From an uncultured Bacilli bacterium (GTDB lineage Bacteria; Bacillota_I; Bacilli_A; RF39; UBA660): a stretch of 64,000 bases of DNA. Positions within the stretch are counted from its first letter, which is position 1, and every line of letters starts with the position of its first letter. Where the stretch lies: NCBI GenBank assembly GCA_947626095.1, contig CANQQV010000002.1, positions 64,001 through 128,000 of the forward strand, read 5' to 3'. The notes beneath the pieces are model-generated. The model worked only from the letters and a program-made list of their open reading frames with translations. It was not told the DNA's origin and ran no database searches. The position numbers and the translations under genes are program-made. Of the stretch, positions 1 to 9,630 are shown one piece after another.

Positions 1-328
1 ATAAGCTTTCGACATTTGAGTCAGCAGCATCATACATTTCAGCAAGTTTTGGAAAATCGTCTAAGATAGCTTGTTTAACTTCGATATCATCATCTACTAC
101 GGCTTCAGCTGTTACCCTAATCCATTCGTCTCCGTTATAATTGCATAATTCGACTTTAGGATTCTTATGCATTTGCTTAGAAACGTTCTTATCTTTAGTT
201 GTTAAAATGTATAATTTATCATTAACTATTTTAATGGACATAAATGGTCTTACTCGTGGCTGTTTACCATCTATGGTAGCTAAATAATAGCAATCACCTT
301 GTTTTAAGAAGTTATATATATCATTCAT
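1..328 (-). CDS. Pyridoxamine 5'-phosphate oxidase family (FMN-binding split barrel) protein, runs off the window edge
   Basis: Own translation from ATG at 328: MNDIYNFLKQGDCYYLATIDGKQPRVRPF...KNVSKQMHKNPKVELC; LAT..G.QPRVRPF and NPKVE motifs; AGAGG RBS upstream. Confidence 0.8.
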   Translation of the reverse strand, partial: MNDIYNFLKQGDCYYLATIDGKQPRVRPFMSIKIVNDKLYILTTKDKNVSKQMHKNPKVELCNYNGDEWIRVTAEAVVDDDIEVKQAILDDFPKLAEMYDAADSNVESL

Positions 329-388
329 AATAATTCCTCTTTTCTATTATTAGGATACCCAATAAGAGAATTATTATTTAAGAAATTA

Positions 389-925
389 TTATTTTATTAT
401 AAATGTATAAATGGAATCTAGAAGAACAATAACTAGTAAGATACTGGTAATTATTGTTAAGGCTTTTTTTGGTAGTTTAGAAGTTAATTTTTCAAATAAT
501 GGTTGTAATAGATATAGGAAGATTACACCACCTAAACCAAAACGTAATGATGGAGATAAAGCAATACGGGCTTGGAAATTTATTTTATAATCAGCATATG
601 TTTGCCATGGCCATGACCCCATAAATGCTTCACAGATGTATGATGTTATTAGTTCTAAGATAGTAGCTGATAACATACAACCTAAAAAAACTAAAGGAAG
701 ATAAAATAGCTTTTTAGGATATGGTTTATCTTTAATTAAGGGATAAATAAGAAAGATAAAGATTAAAGCCCCAAAGCCATATACAGGACAATATGGGCCG
801 AATAAAACACCACGATTAGAGAATCCCCAATGATAGATAAAGACTTCTAAGAAGACTTCATAACACCAACCAATAATAGCGTATAACCAAAAGTACAAAA
901 AGTATTTTTCAATTTTTTCTAACAT
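389..925 (-). CDS. Putative ABC transporter permease family (TMEM229/CmpB-like) membrane protein
   Basis: Motifs GWCYE, NRGVLFGPYCPVYGFG, INFQARI; multiple TM segments. Confidence 0.75.
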   Translation of the reverse strand: MLEKIEKYFLYFWLYAIIGWCYEVFLEVFIYHWGFSNRGVLFGPYCPVYGFGALIFIFLIYPLIKDKPYPKKLFYLPLVFLGCMLSATILELITSYICEAFMGSWPWQTYADYKINFQARIALSPSLRFGLGGVIFLYLLQPLFEKLTSKLPKKALTIITSILLVIVLLDSIYTFIIK

Positions 926-985
926 AATAACACCTACTCTAGTTTTATTATAGCATAAGAAAAGATATAGAATTAACTATATCTA

Positions 986-1813
986 TTATTCCTTATTATC
1001 ATAAGTGTCTAAGAAGGATTCATAAACACCATCTTTTTTAGTACCTAGAACACAACATAAATTAACATTATCTAAAGCTTTAAAGATATTATGATCAACA
1101 TCTTTATTTACTTCACGTAATTTATTAATTAGTTCTTTTATTTCTTTACGTTTACTATTATTTTCAAACATACTCTTGGCTGTAAAACGACAAGCACAAT
1201 TTAAGAAAGTTAAATTATTAAAGTGTTTCCAAGCAATAATAGATGATTCTTTAACTAAGTATAATGGCCTTATTAGTTCTAAGCCTTTGAAGTTATCACT
1301 ATGTAGTTTAGGCATCATGGTTTTGATTTCAGCACCGTATAGCATTGATAGTAAAGTTGTTTCAATAACATCATCAAAATGATGACCTAAAGCAATTTTA
1401 TTACAACCTAGTTCTTGAGCTTTATTGTATAGATGACCTCTTCGCATACGGGCACATAAGTAACATGGTTCTTCACTACTTATGGTATCTACAACAGCAA
1501 AGATATCACTTTCAAAGACTTCAATAGGTATATTTAAAGTTTTAGCATTTTCCATTATTAAATCAATATTTGCTTTATTATAACCAGGATTCATAACGAC
1601 ATAGTGAGTTTCAAAATGAATTTGACTATGTCTTTGGAGTTCCTGAACACACTTAGCTAGTAAGAATGAATCTTTACCACCACTAATACAAACCATGATT
1701 TTATCGTTTTCATTAATTAGTTGGTAGTCTTTAACAGCTTTAATAAATTTAGACCATATTTCTTTTCGATAGGTTTTAATAATACTACGTTCGATTTCAC
1801 GATATCTTTCCAT
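986..1813 (-). CDS. ttcA: tRNA 2-thiocytidine biosynthesis TtcA family PP-loop protein
   Basis: SGGKDS PP-loop, PCYLCARMRRG, KIALGHHFDD, LIRPL, CAC motif. Confidence 0.8.
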   Translation of the reverse strand: MERYREIERSIIKTYRKEIWSKFIKAVKDYQLINENDKIMVCISGGKDSFLLAKCVQELQRHSQIHFETHYVVMNPGYNKANIDLIMENAKTLNIPIEVFESDIFAVVDTISSEEPCYLCARMRRGHLYNKAQELGCNKIALGHHFDDVIETTLLSMLYGAEIKTMMPKLHSDNFKGLELIRPLYLVKESSIIAWKHFNNLTFLNCACRFTAKSMFENNSKRKEIKELINKLREVNKDVDHNIFKALDNVNLCCVLGTKKDGVYESFLDTYDNKE

Positions 1814-1820
1814 AACTCAC

Positions 1821-4031
1821 CTATTTAGAATCTTTCCATCTTTTTAAACGTAAAGAGTTAAAGACGACAGTTAAGCTACTGAAGGTCATCGCTAAACCAG
1901 CAAACATGGGATTCATACTGATACCAAATCCTTTAAATAAACCAATAGCAATTGGAATCATACAAATATTATAGAAGAAAGCCCAGAATAAGTTTTGTTT
2001 GATATTACGTAGAGTTTTTTGGCTAATAGATAATAAAGCTGGGATTTTTTCTAAGTTATCATTGATTAAGATAATATCAGCAGAATCAGCAGCAATATCA
2101 GTACCACTATTAACACTAACACCAATATCAGCAGTAGCTAGAGATGGCGCATCATTAATACCATCACCAACCATCATAACTTTTTTATCATTACGCATTA
2201 ATTGTTTAATAACTTTAGTTTTTTCTTGTGGTAAGACATTGGCAATAACATTATCAATATTAAGTTCTTTGGCAATTTTTTGAGCAGTTATTTCATTATC
2301 ACCAGTAAGCATTATAACTTCCTTACCCATTTTCTTTAATTTAGTGATAGTGTATTTGGCATCATCTCTTAAAATATCATTAACGCCGATTAAACCAATA
2401 ACTTTTTTATCTTCAATAACATAAATGATACTACTACCAGTATTAGCTAGTTGCTCTTCTTCTTTTTCGTAATCATTTTTAATTTTTAATTTAGGAAATA
2501 ATTTATTATTACCTAGATAGATATCTTTATTATTTACTTTAGCACTAACACCGATACCTTCGATATTTTTAAATTTAGTTACTTCTTGTAAAGTAAGTTT
2601 ATTTTCTTTAGCATAGGAAGTAAAAGCAAGACTTATAGGATGTGTTACTTTGTCTTCAATACTATAAACAAGACTTAATAGTTCACGATCTTGGTAGTCA
2701 CTATAGTTATTAATCGCAGATATTTTTAAGTTACCATAAGTTAAAGTACCAGTTTTATCAAAGACGATTGTATCAATTTTATGAGCTTGTTCTAAGACTT
2801 CACTCGATTTAACTAAAAGGCCGTTTTTAGCACAGACACCCTCACTTACGACAATAGCTAAAGGGGTGGCTAGACCTAAAGCACAAGGGCAAGCAACGAC
2901 TAAGACAGTAACAAAAGATATAAGAGCTTCATTAAAGGGATGACCAAGTAATAAGTAACCAATAAAGGTAAGAACAGCAATAATTATAATAGTTGGAACA
3001 AAGACGCTACTCGCTTTATCAGCAACTTTTTGAATATGAGATTTGGTATTAGAAGCTTCAACTACTAAACGGACAATTTCGGAAATAGTTGAATCACGAC
3101 CAATCTTAACAGCTTTATATTCAATATAGCCATCAATATTAAGACTACCAGCTACTACTTTATCAGAAGTTTGTTTTTTGGTTGGAATTGATTCACCAGT
3201 AATAAAGGATTCATCAGTGTGTGTTTCACCTTTGGTAATTTCACCATCAACAGCAACTTTCATACCAGGTTTACAAATTAAGATATCATCTTTTTTAACT
3301 TCATCAATTGTAACTTCTTTTTCACCATCTTTGGTTTTTAATAAAGCCATACTTGGAGTTATTTGCACTAATTCTTTTAAAGCTTCTTTAGTTTTCTCTT
3401 TACTATGATAATCGATAAAACGACCTAGTTTAATAAAGAAGATAATAATAGCACATGATTCAAAGTATAAGTTATGCGCATACTCATGATGACCATTAAT
3501 AACCATATAAAAACTATATAAACTATATAAGAAACTAGCTGTTACTCCTAATGATACTAAGGTATCCATATTATAAGATTTATGAATAATATTTTTAATA
3601 CCACTTTTAAAGATATCTAAACCGTAAATAATAAAAACAATAGCTAAGATAAGTAAAGTAAGACCATAATTAAAGGGATATTTCATCATATCTAAGTAAG
3701 GTAATGATGGTAATTTTAACATACTAGACATAGAGACATATAATGTAAAGATGGCTATGATGCCATAAATAATTAAGAATACTTTATCACGGCTATGTTT
3801 ATTAGTTTCTTTTTTAAAATCAAATTCACCTAAAGATTCAAAGCCTGCTTCTTTGACAAAACGATTTAAATCGTCAATAGTTAAGGATTCATCATAACTG
3901 ATACTAGCTTGAGCTAAGACTAAGTTAACAGTAGCATCTAAAATACCTTCTTGTTTATTTAAATATTTTTCTAAACTAGCAGAACAAGCACTACAACTCA
4001 TTCCTTTAATACTTAAGATTATTTTTTTCAT
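1821..4031 (-). CDS. copA: Copper-translocating P1B-type ATPase
   Basis: N-terminal GMSCSAC HMA domain, TGES, CPCALGLATP, DKTGT, HP, MVGDGINDAP, YN/MxxSS Cu(I) signature. Confidence 0.93.
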   Translation of the reverse strand: MKKIILSIKGMSCSACSASLEKYLNKQEGILDATVNLVLAQASISYDESLTIDDLNRFVKEAGFESLGEFDFKKETNKHSRDKVFLIIYGIIAIFTLYVSMSSMLKLPSLPYLDMMKYPFNYGLTLLILAIVFIIYGLDIFKSGIKNIIHKSYNMDTLVSLGVTASFLYSLYSFYMVINGHHEYAHNLYFESCAIIIFFIKLGRFIDYHSKEKTKEALKELVQITPSMALLKTKDGEKEVTIDEVKKDDILICKPGMKVAVDGEITKGETHTDESFITGESIPTKKQTSDKVVAGSLNIDGYIEYKAVKIGRDSTISEIVRLVVEASNTKSHIQKVADKASSVFVPTIIIIAVLTFIGYLLLGHPFNEALISFVTVLVVACPCALGLATPLAIVVSEGVCAKNGLLVKSSEVLEQAHKIDTIVFDKTGTLTYGNLKISAINNYSDYQDRELLSLVYSIEDKVTHPISLAFTSYAKENKLTLQEVTKFKNIEGIGVSAKVNNKDIYLGNNKLFPKLKIKNDYEKEEEQLANTGSSIIYVIEDKKVIGLIGVNDILRDDAKYTITKLKKMGKEVIMLTGDNEITAQKIAKELNIDNVIANVLPQEKTKVIKQLMRNDKKVMMVGDGINDAPSLATADIGVSVNSGTDIAADSADIILINDNLEKIPALLSISQKTLRNIKQNLFWAFFYNICMIPIAIGLFKGFGISMNPMFAGLAMTFSSLTVVFNSLRLKRWKDSK

Positions 4032-4040
4032 ATTATCACC

Positions 4041-4328
4041 CTATTTATAAAGTCTGCGATATAAGTCCATTATTTCATTTAATGAATCATAATTATCGTT
4101 TTTGATATCATTAACTAAGCAATTATTTAAATGATTTTTAATTATCTCTTCGCCTAAACTTTCTAAACCTTTAGAAACAGCTGATAGTTGAATTAAAATA
4201 TCAGCACAATAACGATTAGTACTTACCATATCTTTAATACCACGTATTTGACCTTCAATAATATTTAATCTTTTAGTTAAATATTTCTTTTCTTCATCAC
4301 TACGAATTGTTTTTCGATTATTCGGCAT
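4041..4328 (-). CDS. csoR: Copper-sensing transcriptional repressor, CsoR family
   Basis: RLNIIEGQIRGI, YCADILIQLSAV, HLNNC (C-H-C Cu site); start set at MPNN (4328) behind an AAGGA RBS; upstream of copA. Confidence 0.88.
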   Translation of the reverse strand: MPNNRKTIRSDEEKKYLTKRLNIIEGQIRGIKDMVSTNRYCADILIQLSAVSKGLESLGEEIIKNHLNNCLVNDIKNDNYDSLNEIMDLYRRLYK

Positions 4329-4350
4329 AATGTTCCTTCTTTCATACCTT

Positions 4351-4379
4351 ATTATAATACCCCATATGGGTATAGTCAA
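4351..4379 (-). promoter_or_regulatory. Sigma-A promoter of csoR-copA with a CsoR operator in the spacer
   Basis: Minus strand TTGACT-17 nt-TATAAT; spacer ATACCCATATGGGGTAT is the C/G-tract pseudo-palindrome typical of CsoR operators. Confidence 0.85.
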
Positions 4380-4384
4380 ACATA

Positions 4385-4416
4385 ATAAAAAAGTATCTAA
4401 AAATAGATACTTTTAT
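4385..4416 (-). terminator. Intrinsic terminator after the sortase gene
   Basis: AAAAGTATCT-aaaaat-AGATACTTTT inverted repeat with a T-run on the minus strand. Confidence 0.7.
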
Positions 4417-4419
4417 AAA

Positions 4420-6270
4420 CTAATTACGAGTTTCTCTTTTAATTAATTTAGCGTGTAAGACAACTTTATCCGTTTGATTATAACAAGTTGATAAAGTAAG
4501 AATCTTATCAGTTGAAGCAATTGTTGTATTAAAGTTATGAGCACTACGACCAATAAGCATTTTAGCAAATTCATTAAATTCAGCGTCATCATCAAATTCG
4601 ACTTGAATATAGTCATTAGTTGTTTTAATACGATAAACACTAAATACTTGCCATAAAGTATTTTCATATTCTGTAGATAATCTTATAACGTAGTTATCAG
4701 TATTCTTTAACCAACCACTAGATAAAATATTTTTTAGAGAACCAAACATTGTCGTATCAAGACGACCATGAGCATAAATAATATTATTACGATCAAATTC
4801 TTGAACGTTATTACGATAATCCATAAATACCCAACCAGCACTATTAACTTTTTTACTAAAGTCATGGCTTAAATAGTAACTATTATCTTTGGTTTGAACA
4901 AATGGATAGTTAATATTAGTACCCATTACTTGAATCCAACCGACAGTCTCTTTATTAGTACTTTTAAGTTCATTAAAATCGACACTAATTAGTGGTACTT
5001 TGATATAGTCCCAATATGGATCACTCTTTTGAACATTCTTAGGAGGTTCAATTACTTCGACATTTTTATTATCAACAACTTCTTGAACATCAGTTGTATC
5101 ATTTATTTTTTCCGTTATATCTTTAATTTGGTTATTATCTTGTTGCCATTTAACAATATTAAAGGCTGAATAAGCAAAGACACCAAGAGAAATAATAAGA
5201 ACAAATATTAAAGGAATAACACTTTTCTTCTTTTGAGATTTACCATTAGAATCTTCTTGTTTTTTTACTTTATTTGGATGTTTTTTAGCTTTTTTTAATT
5301 CTTTTTTCTCAATCTTAGCTTTCTTTTCTAGATTATTTAAAGCTTCTTTAGTAGCACGATTAAGAGTAATAACATCAGTATTAAGTAATTTTTCTTGGTT
5401 GGTTTGTGGTTTTTTAATCTCATTTATCTCTTTTGTATCATCAATATCAGATAGAACTTCTTTAGTTAAACGATTAATACGATTAGTTAGTTCTAATTCA
5501 TTTATTTTACCAATACGTTCTAATAATTCTTTTTCTTCATTTTTACTAATTGAGTTATTTGCATCATCACGAGAAGTGGTAGTTATTTCTTTTTCAATAA
5601 CTTCAGTTAAACGAGGTGATGATTCTTTAGCTGTTTCTTGTAATTCTTTTTTAGCTGCTTTTTCTAAATTATCTAAACTAAGAATTTGAGTCGTTTGATA
5701 ATCGTCGATACTTACATTGCGACGAGGACGAGTTTGATTAGAAGAAGTTGATTTTGGACGAGCATTGAGAATTTCATCTAATTTTTGTTCTTGATTTAAA
5801 CGATTTGGACTTGTCGTTTTCTTCGCAGTTGTTGGCTCTGATTCACGAGTTTTAGAAGGAGTAAGGTGGCTATTTTCTTTGGCTAATCGCTCAGCTAAAT
5901 CTTTATTTTTTTGCACACGACTTTTTTGTTGTTCTAAAGCTTCTTCAATTCTTCTTTTTTGTTCTTCTTTAAATTGTTGTTCACGTTTTTTTATTCTTTC
6001 TTGACGAGCTTTGGCTAAAGCTTGTTCTTCTTCGCTGATAACTTTTGGTTCAACTTTAACTCTTTTAGGTTTTTCGACTTTTAAATCAATTTTAGTCGTT
6101 GATTCAGAATTGATGGAAGTAGAAGATTTATTCGTGGCATTAGAAAGAGACTCTTGTTTTGCAAGAGTTGTTCTTGACTGACGATAATTGCTTTGACGAG
6201 TTGGAGTTTTCATTCCTTGTCTGTAGGCTTGAGCTCGACTCGCACTTCTACTAGTTTTGTTGGAATCCAT
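4420..6270 (-). CDS. srtB: Class B sortase with a ~350-aa charged N-terminal extension
   Basis: C-terminal domain VGWIQVMGTNINYP, DNSYYLSHDF, FMDYRN, IIYAHG, MFGSL, LTLSTC; single TM at ~aa 352-370. Confidence 0.85.
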   Translation of the reverse strand: MDSNKTSRSASRAQAYRQGMKTPTRQSNYRQSRTTLAKQESLSNATNKSSTSINSESTTKIDLKVEKPKRVKVEPKVISEEEQALAKARQERIKKREQQFKEEQKRRIEEALEQQKSRVQKNKDLAERLAKENSHLTPSKTRESEPTTAKKTTSPNRLNQEQKLDEILNARPKSTSSNQTRPRRNVSIDDYQTTQILSLDNLEKAAKKELQETAKESSPRLTEVIEKEITTTSRDDANNSISKNEEKELLERIGKINELELTNRINRLTKEVLSDIDDTKEINEIKKPQTNQEKLLNTDVITLNRATKEALNNLEKKAKIEKKELKKAKKHPNKVKKQEDSNGKSQKKKSVIPLIFVLIISLGVFAYSAFNIVKWQQDNNQIKDITEKINDTTDVQEVVDNKNVEVIEPPKNVQKSDPYWDYIKVPLISVDFNELKSTNKETVGWIQVMGTNINYPFVQTKDNSYYLSHDFSKKVNSAGWVFMDYRNNVQEFDRNNIIYAHGRLDTTMFGSLKNILSSGWLKNTDNYVIRLSTEYENTLWQVFSVYRIKTTNDYIQVEFDDDAEFNEFAKMLIGRSAHNFNTTIASTDKILTLSTCYNQTDKVVLHAKLIKRETRN

Positions 6271-6400
6271 GAAATCAATCCCCTTTTATTTAAATCTATT
6301 TCAATTAATCATTAAAATTTCTTATACATATTATATTTTAACATAAAGCGACATTAATTAATAGTTTACAATTTTAAAATATAGTAAATTGGACAATCAA

Positions 6401-7510
6401 TTATAAATACCATAGTTTTTGTTCATTTTTACGAACTTCTTTAATAATACCGCCACCTAGACATTCATCATCTTTATAGAAAACACACGCTTGACCAGGT
6501 GTTACTCTTTTGACACCTTGGGGATATCTTACTATTACTTTATCTTCTAACCATTCTAATGTAACAGGGATATCTTCTTGACGATATCTAAATTTGGCAT
6601 TACATTCAGTTACTTTTTCATCACCTAAGTAATTGATAGTGTCAACAACACATGAATCACTTACTAAGTAATCGTTATCTTCGCCGATACAAATATATAA
6701 AATATTTTTAGATAAGTCTTTACCGACAACAAACATACGGTCTTCAGTACCACCAATATTTAAGCCACGGCGTTGACCAATGGTATAGTTCATTAAACCA
6801 ATATGGCGCCCTATTACTTCGTTAGTATCGATATTTACAACATCACCAGCTTGATTAGGAAGATAGTTTTTTAAGAAGTCAGAAAAGTTTCGTTCACCAA
6901 TAAAGCAGATACCAGTGGAATCTTTTTTATCAGCAGTTACTAAGTCATATTCTTCAGCTATTTTACGAACATCTGGTTTTAACATATCACCAATAGGAAA
7001 TAAAACATTTTGTAATTGTTCTTTACTTACTTGAGATAAGAAGTAAGTTTGATCTTTATTTAAGTCAACTGCTTTTAATAGTTTACCATCTTTAAGACGG
7101 GCATAATGACCAGTAGCAATGTAATCAGCTCCTAATTTACGAGCTTCTTTAGCAAACATATCAAATTTAATATATTTATTACACATAATATCAGGATTAG
7201 GAGTACGACCTTTTTTTAGTTCATCTAAGAAGTATGTAAAGACATAATCCCAATATTCTTTAATAAAATCTTTACGATATAGAGGAATACCTAGTTTATC
7301 ACAAACTTTTTTAGCATCATTATAATCAACTTCTTGAGGACAGATACCCTCTTTAGTAGTTGGAGCACCTTCTAATTCACCATCAGCAAATGAATCCCAG
7401 TTACGCATAAATAAACCTATTACTTCGTAACCTTGACGTTGTAATTCAATGGCAGCAACGGATGAATCAACGCCACCACTCATGCCGATAACAACTGTTT
7501 TCTTTTCCAT
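6401..7510 (-). CDS. mnmA: tRNA 2-thiouridine(34) synthase MnmA
   Basis: MSGGVDSSV, TPNPDIMCN, ATGHYA, KDQTYFL, KKDSTGICFIG, TPGQA. Confidence 0.97.
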   Translation of the reverse strand: MEKKTVVIGMSGGVDSSVAAIELQRQGYEVIGLFMRNWDSFADGELEGAPTTKEGICPQEVDYNDAKKVCDKLGIPLYRKDFIKEYWDYVFTYFLDELKKGRTPNPDIMCNKYIKFDMFAKEARKLGADYIATGHYARLKDGKLLKAVDLNKDQTYFLSQVSKEQLQNVLFPIGDMLKPDVRKIAEEYDLVTADKKDSTGICFIGERNFSDFLKNYLPNQAGDVVNIDTNEVIGRHIGLMNYTIGQRRGLNIGGTEDRMFVVGKDLSKNILYICIGEDNDYLVSDSCVVDTINYLGDEKVTECNAKFRYRQEDIPVTLEWLEDKVIVRYPQGVKRVTPGQACVFYKDDECLGGGIIKEVRKNEQKLWYL

Positions 7511-7545
7511 AGGCAACCTCTTTTCTTTTTGTCGTATGTATTATA

Positions 7546-7977
7546 CTACATTTTTAATTCTTTTTGCATTTTATTATATATTTCTAATTTTTCTTCTTTA
7601 GTAAAGATATCTTTTTGGGCTTTAAATTTAGATAAAGACCATTTCCACATATTATACCCGAAATGACGATCTTGGTAAGTTTTATTTAGAATTTCTTGTT
7701 TATTTTCATAACGGGGAAGGAAATGAAAATGAACATGAGGTGTCTCGTGATCACGATAAGCATTATTCATTAAACAAGCAAAATTAAACATGGTAGCATT
7801 AAATAGTTTTTGGCAAATGCGTTCTAGTTCTTTTTCAATTAAACCTAGTTCAGTCCACTCTTCACTAGTTAAATCACTTAAACTTTCTTTTTTATTAGAT
7901 ATAATACACTGGCCAGGAAATTCTTGGCACCATTCTTCAAAAACAACTTCCCAATATTTACCTTTATATAATGTCAT
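7546..7977 (-). CDS. HIT family hydrolase
   Basis: PHVHFHFLPRY histidine triad, NFACLMN. Confidence 0.8.
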   Translation of the reverse strand: MTLYKGKYWEVVFEEWCQEFPGQCIISNKKESLSDLTSEEWTELGLIEKELERICQKLFNATMFNFACLMNNAYRDHETPHVHFHFLPRYENKQEILNKTYQDRHFGYNMWKWSLSKFKAQKDIFTKEEKLEIYNKMQKELKM

Positions 7978-8013
7978 ATTAGTAACTCCTTTATTTTATT
8001 TATTATAGCATAA

Positions 8014-8412
8014 TTATTTTTTAGGATAATTCCAAATACCTAGTTGGCCTTTAGCTTTAATTGGTTTTATTATTTCAACATTATCTAAAACCCAAGCATA
8101 ACGTCCTATTTCATAATGACCAGCAATGAAATTATCTAAATTTTCTTCTTTGGTCCTTTTTATAAATTCTTCAGTCATATATATACAATCAACTAAGTTA
8201 CATTTACAAATTATATAGCCATAATTAAGATCCGATTCATTATAGAGTTTTGATAAACCAGGTCGTTCTTTAACTTCTTTACTTATTTTAGAAATTCCCG
8301 CATGAATATATATTTCACCACGATAGTTAGTTTTCCAACTACGTGTTTCAATATATTTAACTTTATTTTTTATTAAAGTTGCAAATGGTTCTTTGAGGGT
8401 TAAGACTTTCAT
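8014..8412 (-). CDS. ASCH domain protein
   Basis: LTLKEPFATLI..KVKYIETRSW..YRGEIYIHAG, YAWVL, KGQLGIW. Confidence 0.88.
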   Translation of the reverse strand: MKVLTLKEPFATLIKNKVKYIETRSWKTNYRGEIYIHAGISKISKEVKERPGLSKLYNESDLNYGYIICKCNLVDCIYMTEEFIKRTKEENLDNFIAGHYEIGRYAWVLDNVEIIKPIKAKGQLGIWNYPKK

Positions 8413-8481
8413 TTAGATCACCAATTTTATTTTATCATGAATTTAAGGAAGTTAGATTAAATAAAAAATTGCAAAAAAGTA

Positions 8482-8510
8482 TTGTCAAATCTTTTCTCTT
8501 ATGATATATT
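8482..8510 (+). promoter_or_regulatory. Sigma-A promoter for tRNA-Met
   Basis: TTGTCA-17 nt-TATATT with an extended -10 TG. Confidence 0.6.
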
Positions 8511-8528
8511 TAATTTGCTTACTTTTAT

Positions 8529-8605
8529 GGCGCTGTAGCTCAGTTGGCTAGAGCATCCGGTTCATACCCGGCAGGTCGTGTGTTCGAATCACACCGGCGC
8601 TACCA
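8529..8605 (+). tRNA. tRNA-Met (CAT), elongator type
   Basis: GGCGCTG acceptor stem, TAGCTCAGTTGGCTAGAGC D arm, CCGG-TTCATAC-CCGG anticodon arm, GTTCGAATC T loop, encoded CCA; resembles Bacillus elongator tRNA-Met and lacks the initiator GGG/CCC stem. Confidence 0.93.
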
Positions 8606-8612
8606 TTTAAAT

Positions 8613-8650
8613 AATAAAGCAAATCTAAAAAAGATTTGCTTTTTTTATTA
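8613..8650. terminator. Bidirectional intrinsic terminator between the tRNA and the convergent gene
   Basis: AAAGCAAATCT-aaaaa-AGATTTGCTTT followed by a T run. Confidence 0.75.
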
Positions 8651-9565
8651 CTTAGTTAAACTTTTAACTAATTCTTGATATGGTTGAATAGTTTCTTCTT
8701 TAATTAATGATAAATTATAATATTTAATTAAATCGGCAATACTTTTTTCACCAGCAATTATATTTCTAATAAAGGATAGTAAGTTTTTTTCGTCATCAAA
8801 GTAAGATTCTAGTAAACGAACAGCAAAGATATTACAAATAATATAGCCATAGGTTTTATGTTCATCATATAATACATAGTTTTTATATAAAGCAATATCT
8901 GGACGAGATGATGGGAAAGATCTAAGAATGATAGCTAGTTTTTTAGTTTCAATGCTTTCTAAAGTCATTAAATGTTCAGCATGTACCCTATTTATACGCT
9001 GTTTATATTCTAAATTATCATCCGGGATTAACTTACTTAGCAGATAACAAGTTATATATTCAACTAAGATACTTAAAAATTCTTTATAATGAATATTAGA
9101 TATGACTTCATTATAACCATTAACTGTATATTTAGATAGTAAGCCATGTATATATTCGTGAGCAGTACTAACTACTTCAATACTTGATAATTGATTACTG
9201 ATATGAAAAGTTAAAGGAACCCAATTACCATTTTGATATGTTGTTTCCATAGTTGCATCAAAGGAATTAGGACGGTTTTCTAATTTTAATAAAGAGTTAT
9301 ATTCTTTAATCTTGTCTTGGTAAGTTGGACCTAATATCTGAGTTAAAATATCTAAAAGATATTGTTGTAGTTCTGGTAATGTAAGTTTAGAATATTTAAA
9401 TTTTTCTGGATTTGGTAAATTAATTGCTTGTAAGTTATTTATAAGGCGTTCATAGTTTCTTTTAGCACGACTAAAGGATAATTCAGTAAAAGCATGGTTA
9501 TAACCATATTTTTGCATATCATTGATATAGTCATTGGCTTCCATTAAAGCTTGTAGTTCTTGCAT
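8648..9565 (-). CDS. Hypothetical protein with a gluzincin (M3-like) metallopeptidase motif
   Basis: TAHEYIHG plus downstream EFLSILVE and YGYII, as in oligopeptidase F C-terminal region. Confidence 0.55.
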   Translation of the reverse strand: MQELQALMEANDYINDMQKYGYNHAFTELSFSRAKRNYERLINNLQAINLPNPEKFKYSKLTLPELQQYLLDILTQILGPTYQDKIKEYNSLLKLENRPNSFDATMETTYQNGNWVPLTFHISNQLSSIEVVSTAHEYIHGLLSKYTVNGYNEVISNIHYKEFLSILVEYITCYLLSKLIPDDNLEYKQRINRVHAEHLMTLESIETKKLAIILRSFPSSRPDIALYKNYVLYDEHKTYGYIICNIFAVRLLESYFDDEKNLLSFIRNIIAGEKSIADLIKYYNLSLIKEETIQPYQELVKSLTK

Positions 9566-9630
9566 AGTAATCTCCTCTTGGTGCTATATAATAACATAAG
9601 AAATTAAAAAAAGCATTTTTAAAATGCTTT

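Noticed and set aside
8529-8605. tRNA(CAT) as initiator Met or Ile2
   Set aside because: It has a paired first position and no GGG/CCC anticodon stem; the sequence resembles Bacillus elongator tRNA-Met rather than tRNA-Ile2.
8606-9630. Genomic island integrated at the tRNA 3' end
   Set aside because: No integrase and no duplicated tRNA 3' fragment seen; only one gene lies before rseP.
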